Made by a program: the position numbers and the translations under genes. Shown piece by piece: positions 7,877 through 15,404 of a DNA stretch of 32,000 nt. Under the pieces are notes generated by a model, which did no database searches, was not told the origin of the DNA, and worked only from the letters and a program-made list of their open reading frames with translations. The first letter of the stretch is position 1. Every line of letters starts with the position of its first letter. This stretch comes from Lyngbya sp. PCC 8106. GTDB lineage: Bacteria; Cyanobacteriota; Cyanobacteriia; Cyanobacteriales; Microcoleaceae. Location of the stretch: positions 38,559 through 70,558 of the forward strand of contig NZ_AAVU01000009.1 in NCBI RefSeq assembly GCF_000169095.1, given 5' to 3'.

Positions 7877-9868
7877 TCAGCTATCACTAATATCAGATTC
7901 CATTCCAGATTTATCCCCCTCAAAATTTTGCTGATGTCGCTGTTGAGATGACTGGATTGATTCATCGATATAAAATCGGTAAAATAGAGGTTCATCCTTA
8001 AAATCATGTTCATCTAAGACATGATGAATGATGCCCTTTTGTACCATCAACTGTCCAATTAAAATTGCCTCTTGTCGAGTGGAATTTTCAAACTTCATTA
8101 ACCAGTTGACTGCATCTGTTCCTAAAAACACTTTCGGAAATGATTTTAGCTGAAATCTCCGCTCTTTTATTTCAATTCCATTTTCTCCTCGCATTCTAGT
8201 AACAATTTGATCCCAATTATATTCATCTTGAATGATGGGTTCTTCAATAATATTTTTTTCTGTGACAGCATCAAGTTGAGGAAAATCCATACCATTAGAT
8301 TGAACCCAACTTTGAATGATCGGATTCAGATTAGGCGTTTTAATGTGTAAATCTCTTTGTGGGAAAGGAATTTCAATGCCATATTTCCGTAAGTGTTTCT
8401 CGATTTGATTATATAAATGAGTTCTCACTTTCGGTTCTTTCAGAGGATCTCGAATAAATGCGACAACTCGAAATCGTAACCCACTTTCACCAAATTCTCT
8501 AAATTTGACTTTTGGGGGTGGATGACGCAGAATATCAGGATGTTCAACTTGTGAAGCGGCTTGCAATACTTTGTAGATAAAATCAATATCAGAATTGTAG
8601 GAAACCTCAACATATGTTTTCACGCGCGTGAGTTCACTACGATTCCAATTGATAACTTCTCCTTCAATAAACCGAGAATTAGGTAAAGTAATGATATATC
8701 GATCAATATGAGAGATTTCGGTTGTTCGTACCCCAATTCGTTGCACCAATCCTTGAAATTCTCCTACCTGAACCAATTCTCCAATTTTAATCGGACGGGT
8801 AACAATTAAAATTAAACCACAAATAAAATCTTTAGCAATGTTTTGTAAACCAAACCCAATCCCAACTCCAATTACACTCAGGATAATCGCTAAAGCTTGA
8901 AAATCCACACCCCCCGCATTCAGAATCAACAAAAATCCCAGAAAGATCATGGCATACTGGGTTAAAAAGGTGATCGCATCTTGTGAACTTTGATCAACAC
9001 CCGCTAAAGGTAAGATGCGTTTTTTGAGAAATTGCGCGAATAGATTAACCACAAACAACAGAATAATCGTTGAAATTCCGAGTAATATAATTCGGTTGAG
9101 GGAAATAGGAACTGTCCCTAATTTGAACATCCGAGCGGTAAATGTATTTTCAATTAAATAAATAACTTTATAGAATTGACTCCGAGAAGCTGGAAATAGG
9201 TTGATAGTATAACAAATAAAGCCAATCCCAACGAAAATTTGTACCAAAAATAAACCCAGTAATCTCAGTGATCCAGATTGTCGATTTGATTGTTTCAGTT
9301 GTTGGCGTTGATAATAACGATACAACCGGAATAGTCCGGCTAGAATTAGCGAAGTGATGACGAAGCCAATTACTGTCATTTTGAACGCCCAATTTCGATA
9401 GGCAGGTGTTCGTTCTTTTAAGCTTCGTTCGAGGGCTAATTGAACTTTTTCTTGCCAAATTTCTGCTTGTTCTTGTGGTGTCATACCGGGAATGAGATCT
9501 GATGCTATGATGGAAACAAGATATCTGTTATTAACTTTAAGAACTGTTTCTCCCACCTGTTGATCAATAGTGACTTTGACAGGTTCTCCTTGAAGTAGAT
9601 TTTTATTGAGTTTTTCTTGCAGCAGAGCGTTAATCATATTTGCTCGTTCATCAGCAGTAAAATTACCAGAAGCTCCCACTTTATAGAGTTTTCGTCCATC
9701 TAGTACAACGGGAACTTTTGGGGTGATTACCTCAGTGTCCACCGATTCTGCGTTGACAGCAGAGAGAGCAAAAAGGGACAATAGACAAGCACAGCAGGCA
9801 ATTAGCAGTTGTTTAGCCCATTTGCGATTTGGGTAGAACAGATTAGGAGTCATGTTGATTGGCATCAT
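7877..9868 (-). CDS. MscS-family mechanosensitive channel with a C-terminal DEP-like domain
   Basis: 663 aa. It has a signal peptide (LLSLFALSAVNA/ES), a periplasmic segment and multiple TM helices. The MscS beta-domain is GELVQVGEFQGLVQRIGVRTTEISHIDRYIITLPNSRFIEGEVINWN. The C-terminal FLGTDAVNWLMKFENSTRQEAILIGQLMVQKGIIHHVLDEHDFKDEPLFYRF fits the DEP consensus. Confidence 0.8.
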   Translation of the reverse strand: MMPINMTPNLFYPNRKWAKQLLIACCACLLSLFALSAVNAESVDTEVITPKVPVVLDGRKLYKVGASGNFTADERANMINALLQEKLNKNLLQGEPVKVTIDQQVGETVLKVNNRYLVSIIASDLIPGMTPQEQAEIWQEKVQLALERSLKERTPAYRNWAFKMTVIGFVITSLILAGLFRLYRYYQRQQLKQSNRQSGSLRLLGLFLVQIFVGIGFICYTINLFPASRSQFYKVIYLIENTFTARMFKLGTVPISLNRIILLGISTIILLFVVNLFAQFLKKRILPLAGVDQSSQDAITFLTQYAMIFLGFLLILNAGGVDFQALAIILSVIGVGIGFGLQNIAKDFICGLILIVTRPIKIGELVQVGEFQGLVQRIGVRTTEISHIDRYIITLPNSRFIEGEVINWNRSELTRVKTYVEVSYNSDIDFIYKVLQAASQVEHPDILRHPPPKVKFREFGESGLRFRVVAFIRDPLKEPKVRTHLYNQIEKHLRKYGIEIPFPQRDLHIKTPNLNPIIQSWVQSNGMDFPQLDAVTEKNIIEEPIIQDEYNWDQIVTRMRGENGIEIKERRFQLKSFPKVFLGTDAVNWLMKFENSTRQEAILIGQLMVQKGIIHHVLDEHDFKDEPLFYRFYIDESIQSSQQRHQQNFEGDKSGMESDISDS

Positions 9869-10011
9869 CTACGTGAAACGAAGTCATACTTTCACAGAAT
9901 ACTATGCTGGCTCTAAAAGTTGCTCAAATTGTTAAAAATGAAGGCTCTCTTAGACTGAGTATGAGAAATTAATCGCAAAAATGCCAATTTAATAAGACTC
10001 TTATTCTAAAG

Positions 10012-10255
10012 TTATCGCCCATTAGTTAACCCATAAGCTTTTCTCTTAATGAGTTTAATTGTTGGATTTATACCTTCTACGGCTCCTGGGGCTGTTCGAT
10101 TCTCAAAGTAAGCTAAAATCTCGTTTATCCATCTTTTTTGGGTTGAACAGCTTTTCTTTCTTTTTTAGGAACGGATACTTACCGTTTTTTGGTCTTTCTA
10201 ATTTATCCTCTTTTTCTCGATTATTTTTCGATTTTTCAGCCTGTCTATTCTCCAT
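10012..10255 (-). pseudogene. Remnant of an ISL3-family transposase (C-terminal end only, frame-disrupted)
   Basis: My minus-strand translation gives ...QKRWINEILAYFENRTAPGAVEGINPTIKLIKRKAYGLTNGR* (stop at 10012-10014). This resembles the conserved ISL3 C-terminus (YFxNRxTNGxxEGxNNKIKxIKRxxYGF). The upstream part continues only in another frame (RPKNGKYPFLKKKEKLFNPKK), and no intact N-terminal portion is present. Confidence 0.45.
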
Positions 10256-10515
10256 TTTTCTAAGGAAAATAATACTTCTGAACTCTCAAATCAAGGCAAT
10301 AATTTTAAAAATTTAGTCAGATTGATGGTCAGGTTGCGTAGAGACGGCACCCGTTGACGGGGACTTCAAAACACCGAAAAATTAACCCAATCGCCGCTAT
10401 CCGTCTGTAAAAAGTCTGTAAAAAGGTTGATCATTGCCCTCAAACCCCGAAGTCTATGTCAAAATTATCAACAGTTTTGACAACTTCGTGAAGAACGATT
10501 AAGTCCCTAGATATT

Positions 10516-12594
10516 ATGGAACTGCTTTATCAATACGCCTGGTTGATTCCAGTATTGCCCTTACTCGGGGCGATGTTTGTTGGAATTGGCTTGATTTCAT
10601 TTAGTCGAGCCACCAACAGCCTCAGAAAAGCAAGCGCAGTCTTCATCGTCTCCCTACTCGGAGGCGCAATGGTGCTGTCCTTTGCCATACTTTGGAGTCA
10701 AATCAACGGCCACGAACCCTATACCCACATGATCGAATGGGCAGCCGCAGGAGATTTTACCCTGCGTATGGGCTATACCATTGACCATCTCGCCTCGGTC
10801 ATGTTAGCGATTGTTACCACTGTAGCCTTTTTGGTGATGGTCTACACCGATGGTTACATGGCTCACGATCCGGGATATGTGCGTTTTTATGCGTACTTGA
10901 GCCTATTTAGCTCCTCAATGCTGGGCCTCGTCATCTGTCCGAACTTAGTACAGGTTTACATCTTCTGGGAACTGGTGGGGATGTGTTCCTACCTGTTAAT
11001 CGGATTTTGGTATGATCGCAAACCCGCCGCCGATGCTTGCCAAAAAGCCTTTGTAACCAACCGTGTCGGTGACTTTGGCTTGTTATTGGGGATGTTAGGG
11101 TTGTTTTGGGCAACTAACACCTTTGACTTTGACTTGATGGGTGAACGTTTAGAAACCCTCGTCGAAACAGGCGGTTTAAGCGTTGCCTTAGCGAGTCTAT
11201 TTGCAATTTTGGTATTTTTAGGCCCGGTTGCCAAATCCGCCCAATTCCCCCTTCATGTCTGGCTACCGGATGCAATGGAAGGCCCGACCCCGATTTCGGC
11301 TTTAATTCATGCGGCGACAATGGTTGCAGCAGGTGTATTCCTAATTGCCCGGATGTATCCGGTGTTTGAAGGTTTACCCATCGTGATGAATGTGATCGCC
11401 TGGACGGGCTGTTTTACGGCGTTTCTGGGGGCTACCATCGCCCTAACCCAAAACGACATCAAAAAAGGTCTGGCTTATTCCACTGTCTCCCAACTGGGTT
11501 ACATGGTGATGGCGATGGGTGTCGGCGCCTACAGCGCTGGAATGTTTCACCTGATGACTCACGCTTATTTTAAAGCGATGCTGTTCCTGTGTTCGGGTTC
11601 GGTTATTCACGGCATGGAAGTCGTCGTCGGACATGACCCCGTTTTAGCCCAGGATATGCGGTTAATGGGTGGACTGCGGAAATATATGCCGATTACGTCC
11701 GCTTGTTTTTTAATTGGTACCCTGGCAATTTGTGGAATTCCACCCTTTGCAGGATTCTGGTCCAAAGACGAAATCTTGGGTAATGCGTTTGAGGCAAATC
11801 CCGCCTTATGGGTGGTTGGTTGGTTAACGGCGGGTATGACGGCGTTTTATATGTTCCGGATGTACTTCAGCACGTTTGAAGGCGGTTTCCGGGGCAATGA
11901 TGCCACAATCAAACAACAACTGTTAGCCGAAGCCAACGGCCCTAATTATGCTTTTGGCCCGGGTGCAATGAATCCTCAAGAGTTGGTCGCAGAAGCAGAG
12001 GAACACGGCCACGATGATCACGGTCACGGTCATCATAGTGATTCCCCCCATGAGTCGCCCTGGGCGATGACCATTCCATTGATGACGTTGGCGATACCGT
12101 CGATGTTGATTGGGTTGTTGGGGACTCCGTTTGCGAACTATTTTGAGGAGTTTATTCACGCCCCCAGTGAAACGGAAGCGCAAATTCTCGAAAAAGCGGC
12201 AGAATTCGATTTAACTGAATTTCTGATTATGGCGGGAAATTCGGTGGGAATTGCTTTAATTGGGATTACACTTGCTTCGTTGATGTATCTCAGTCATAAA
12301 ATTGATCCGGCTGCGATCGCTGAGAAAATCAAGCCATTGTATCTGTTTTCTCTCAATAAATGGTATCTTGACGACTTGAATGATTTCTTGTTTGTGCAAG
12401 GTCTACGTCGTCTCGCCCGTCAGGTCATGGAAATTGATTTCCGTGTGGTTGATGGTGCGGTTAACCTGACCGGGTTAATGACGCTTTTATCCGGTGAAGG
12501 GTTGAAATATTTTGAGAATGGTCGCGCCCAATTTTATGCCTTAATTGTGTTTGGGGCTGTATTGGGATTTGTAGTGTTCTCCGGCGTGAGTTAG
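10516..12594 (+). CDS. ndhF: NAD(P)H-quinone oxidoreductase subunit 5 (NDH-1 subunit F, NdhF1-type)
   Basis: 692 aa and multi-TM, with canonical ND5/NuoL motifs (FWELVGMCSYLLIGFWY, AKSAQFPLHVWLPDAMEGPTPISALIHAATMVAAGVFL). A His-rich insert (HGHDDHGHGHH) is present. ndhD follows on the same strand. Confidence 0.95.
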   Translation: MELLYQYAWLIPVLPLLGAMFVGIGLISFSRATNSLRKASAVFIVSLLGGAMVLSFAILWSQINGHEPYTHMIEWAAAGDFTLRMGYTIDHLASVMLAIVTTVAFLVMVYTDGYMAHDPGYVRFYAYLSLFSSSMLGLVICPNLVQVYIFWELVGMCSYLLIGFWYDRKPAADACQKAFVTNRVGDFGLLLGMLGLFWATNTFDFDLMGERLETLVETGGLSVALASLFAILVFLGPVAKSAQFPLHVWLPDAMEGPTPISALIHAATMVAAGVFLIARMYPVFEGLPIVMNVIAWTGCFTAFLGATIALTQNDIKKGLAYSTVSQLGYMVMAMGVGAYSAGMFHLMTHAYFKAMLFLCSGSVIHGMEVVVGHDPVLAQDMRLMGGLRKYMPITSACFLIGTLAICGIPPFAGFWSKDEILGNAFEANPALWVVGWLTAGMTAFYMFRMYFSTFEGGFRGNDATIKQQLLAEANGPNYAFGPGAMNPQELVAEAEEHGHDDHGHGHHSDSPHESPWAMTIPLMTLAIPSMLIGLLGTPFANYFEEFIHAPSETEAQILEKAAEFDLTEFLIMAGNSVGIALIGITLASLMYLSHKIDPAAIAEKIKPLYLFSLNKWYLDDLNDFLFVQGLRRLARQVMEIDFRVVDGAVNLTGLMTLLSGEGLKYFENGRAQFYALIVFGAVLGFVVFSGVS

Positions 12595-12607
12595 GTTGAG
12601 CAATTTG

Positions 12608-12657
12608 AAAGGGAATAGGCAATGATTTAGAGTTTTTCTAAACACCTATTTCCCTTT
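12608..12657 (+). terminator. Strong hairpin just after the ndhF stop (candidate attenuating terminator)
   Basis: AAAGGGAATAGG (12608-12619) pairs with CCTATTTCCCTTT (12645-12657) with a one-base bulge. TTTTAAAAAA follows and partly overlaps the stem. It is not a textbook T-tail. Confidence 0.35.
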
Positions 12658-12691
12658 TAAAAAATAAACCTTTCATGCTTTCAAGTTCACA

Positions 12692-13495
12692 ATGTATCCT
12701 GAAATTAATCTATCTTCTCTCCCTTCTGTCTCTCTTTTAAACAAAGATAAACTTCCACATTGTTCGGCTATTTACTTCCTATTAGACTGCGAAAATCGAG
12801 TTTTGTATGTGGGAAAAGCAAGGAACTTGTGTGCGAGATGGAAAGATCATCATCGGTTTGAACAACTCAAAAAACTAAACCGAAAAAGTAATATTAAAAT
12901 ATCTTGGTTAGTTTCCAAAAACGATCAAGAGTTACTGGATCAAACGGAACGATATTTCATAGATTTGTACCAACCTCTACTCAATCAAACCCCTGTACCT
13001 GCGAAAAAAATTATTCCAGCAGAAATCGCTTTAAATAAAACACTCATTAGACTATCCAAGTCAAATGTTATTATCTTGGGAATAGCTTCATCTGATAATT
13101 CTTCTCAGCCAACAGTTTATCTCAAGTATCCAGTTTACGGTCGTCGAGGTTTGTCAGGAACAGTCAGCAGTATTTTAAAATCGGATAATAAGAGAGCAAC
13201 TTGCTTAAGGTGGAAGAAATATGCAACTCGTAAGAAATTTAATTTTTGGAAAACTAGCTGCAATGGTATTTTTATAGACGTTTCACCTTCCTATCCATTA
13301 TTACCCTTACCAGCAATAACGAAATTCCAGACATTATTGGGAGTTGAAATGATCTATATACAAGAGCCAGAATTTACAACGATTTTGGAAGTATGCCCGT
13401 TTATTGAACAACAGCATCCTGGAGTATCAGTATTTACAGAAGATCCGATTCCTCGACTTTGGACAAATTCCGTTGAAAGTCTGAAGAAAAGGTGA
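12692..13495 (+). CDS. GIY-YIG nuclease-domain protein (free-standing homing-endonuclease-like ORF)
   Basis: 267 aa. The N-terminal AIYFLLDCENRVLYVGKARNLCARWKDHH plus ERYFIDLYQPLLN corresponds to the GIY / YIG / Arg / Glu-Asn elements of the GIY-YIG fold. The ORF is visibly more AT-rich than the flanking ndh genes, and its C-terminal approximately 170 aa are uncharacterised. Confidence 0.7.
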   Translation: MYPEINLSSLPSVSLLNKDKLPHCSAIYFLLDCENRVLYVGKARNLCARWKDHHRFEQLKKLNRKSNIKISWLVSKNDQELLDQTERYFIDLYQPLLNQTPVPAKKIIPAEIALNKTLIRLSKSNVIILGIASSDNSSQPTVYLKYPVYGRRGLSGTVSSILKSDNKRATCLRWKKYATRKKFNFWKTSCNGIFIDVSPSYPLLPLPAITKFQTLLGVEMIYIQEPEFTTILEVCPFIEQQHPGVSVFTEDPIPRLWTNSVESLKKR

Positions 13496-13561
13496 AGTAT
13501 AGGCGGTATTACTCAAATTTTGCGGATCTATAATAACTAAGCACTGATTCTATCACTAGAA

Positions 13562-15154
13562 ATGGATCTCGAACAATTTCCCTGGTTAACCACTACAATT
13601 CTATTTCCCATTGTCGCCGCGTTGTTGCTGCCGTTTATTCCCGACAAAGACGGGCGCACAGTACGCTGGTATGCTTTGGTCATTGGGCTGATAGACTTTG
13701 CTATTATTGTCTACGCTTTTTGTACCCAGTACGATTTCAACAAACCCGGCTTACAACTGTTTGAAAGCTACGCCTGGATACCGCAACTGGATTTAAACTG
13801 GTCTGTGGGGGCGGATGGTTTGGCAATGCCTCTGATTTTGCTGACTGGGTTTATTACCACCCTAGCGATATTAGCAGCTTGGCCTGTCACCTTCAAACCC
13901 AAGCTGTTTTATTTCCTGATGTTAGCGATGTACGGTGGCCAAATTGCCGTATTTGCGGTTCAGGATATGTTGCTGTTTTTCCTGGCTTGGGAACTGGAAC
14001 TGGTTCCGGTTTACATGATTTTAGCCATTTGGGGCGGTAAAAAGCGCCAGTACGCCGCGACAAAGTTTATTTTGTATACCGCAGGGGGTTCGCTGTTTAT
14101 CCTGGTTGGCGCCCTAACGATGGCCTTCTACGGCGATACAGTGACATTTGATATGTCGGCGATCGCTGCCAAGGATTTTCCGATTAAACTAGAACTCTTA
14201 TTGTATAGTGGTTTTCTGATTGCTTATGGCGTGAAATTGCCGATTTTTCCCCTTCACACTTGGCTACCCGATGCCCACGGAGAAGCCACCGCCCCGGCGC
14301 ATATGTTACTGGCGGGTATTTTGCTGAAAATGGGCGGTTATGCGTTGCTGCGGATGAACGTGGGAATGTTACCGGATGCTCACGCGACTTTTGCTCCCAT
14401 TTTAATCATTTTGGGGGTTGTAAATATTATCTACGCTGCTTTAACTTCTTTCGCCCAACGAAACCTCAAGCGGAAAATTGCCTATTCTTCAATTTCTCAC
14501 ATGGGATTTGTTTTAATTGGGATGGCATCTTTTACCGAAATTGGGTTAAGTGGTGCCGTGCTACAAATGATTTCTCATGGGTTGATTGGGGCGAGTTTGT
14601 TCTTCCTTGTCGGTTGTACTTATGACCGCACCCATACATTGATGTTAGATGAAATGGGCGGTGTTGGGTCGAAGATGAAGAAAGTCTTCGCCATGTGGAC
14701 GACTTGTGCGATGGCGTCGTTGGCGTTACCAGGAATGAGTGGGTTTGTGGCGGAATTGATGATCTTTATTGGGATTTCTACCAGTGATGCTTATAGCCCG
14801 ACTTTTAAAGTTTTGGTTGTCTTCCTCGCAGCAGTTGGGGTGATTTTAACGCCGATTTACCTACTTTCAATGTTGCGTGAACTCCTTTATGGCCCGGAAA
14901 ATAAAGCGTTAACGTCTCACGAAAAACTGGTCGATGCTGAACCTCGGGAAGTGTTTGTAATTACTTGTTTGTTGATACCCATTATTGGGATTGGGTTGTA
15001 TCCGAAGATTGTCACTCAAATCTATGATTCAACTACAACACAATTAACGGCTTTGATTCGTCAGTCGGTGCCAACGTTGGGAGATAATCCTCCGATTGCT
15101 CAACAAAAGCAAAACTTGTTGTCATTCACGGCACCACATATTCCTCAGAAATAG
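13562..15154 (+). CDS. ndhD: NAD(P)H-quinone oxidoreductase chain 4 (NDH-1 subunit D, NdhD1/D2-type)
   Basis: 530 aa with ND4/NuoM motifs ([61 protein letters not shown]). Confidence 0.95.
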   Translation: MDLEQFPWLTTTILFPIVAALLLPFIPDKDGRTVRWYALVIGLIDFAIIVYAFCTQYDFNKPGLQLFESYAWIPQLDLNWSVGADGLAMPLILLTGFITTLAILAAWPVTFKPKLFYFLMLAMYGGQIAVFAVQDMLLFFLAWELELVPVYMILAIWGGKKRQYAATKFILYTAGGSLFILVGALTMAFYGDTVTFDMSAIAAKDFPIKLELLLYSGFLIAYGVKLPIFPLHTWLPDAHGEATAPAHMLLAGILLKMGGYALLRMNVGMLPDAHATFAPILIILGVVNIIYAALTSFAQRNLKRKIAYSSISHMGFVLIGMASFTEIGLSGAVLQMISHGLIGASLFFLVGCTYDRTHTLMLDEMGGVGSKMKKVFAMWTTCAMASLALPGMSGFVAELMIFIGISTSDAYSPTFKVLVVFLAAVGVILTPIYLLSMLRELLYGPENKALTSHEKLVDAEPREVFVITCLLIPIIGIGLYPKIVTQIYDSTTTQLTALIRQSVPTLGDNPPIAQQKQNLLSFTAPHIPQK

Positions 15155-15172
15155 TCTGAATATTCTGTAGAG

Positions 15173-15203
15173 TCCCCCTCCCATAAAACAGGGGGATTTT
15201 TTT
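15173..15203 (+). terminator. Rho-independent terminator after ndhD
   Basis: The 7-bp stem is TCCCCCT (15173-15179) / AGGGGGA (15190-15196), with a 10-nt loop and a T7 tract at 15197-15203. Confidence 0.65.
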
Positions 15204-15404
15204 ATTGATGACCGCTTACTTGATGAGTGAATATAGAATCCCATTTTACTATTACAACAAAAAGTACAGTTTGTCAAGTAATATCTATCTCAAGTAATAA
15301 AATCAAGTTAAACGATACAAAACTTAAGCTAGACTATACAAAACTTAAACAGCTTCACATTCAAACCAGGGATGTACTACACCAAAATTCGATAAAGGAT
15401 TAAA

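Noticed and set aside
7664-7951. 95-aa plus-strand ORF from the track
   Set aside because: It reads straight through the MITE-like element (7648-7805) and then overlaps the 3' end of the MscS-DEP gene on the opposite strand. The peptide has no recognisable features, so I treat it as a repeat-derived artefact.
10059-10316. 85-aa plus-strand ORF (LF/S-rich low complexity)
   Set aside because: It is the antisense reading of a lysine/glutamate-rich decayed transposase segment. The opposite strand carries the recognisable ISL3 tail.
10931-12183. Several 60-86-aa minus-strand ORFs inside ndhF. Similar nested ORFs lie inside ndhD (14260-14625), nnrU (5947-6227), the LysR gene (3900-4283), the kinase (2119-2313), the NB-ARC gene (19562-19813) and the C39-like gene (30600-30826).
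   Set aside because: All lie wholly within strongly supported longer CDSs, in alternative frames or antisense. Their compositions (Arg/Pro/Ser-rich, or mirror images of repeats) are typical of shadow ORFs.
12595-13561. The GIY-YIG ORF considered as an intron-encoded homing endonuclease (group I intron in ndhF/ndhD)
   Set aside because: ndhF ends with a normal C-terminus and stop, and ndhD starts with its own ATG and a normal N-terminus. The ORF therefore sits in an intergenic spacer, not in an interrupted exon, and I saw no group I intron core pairings.
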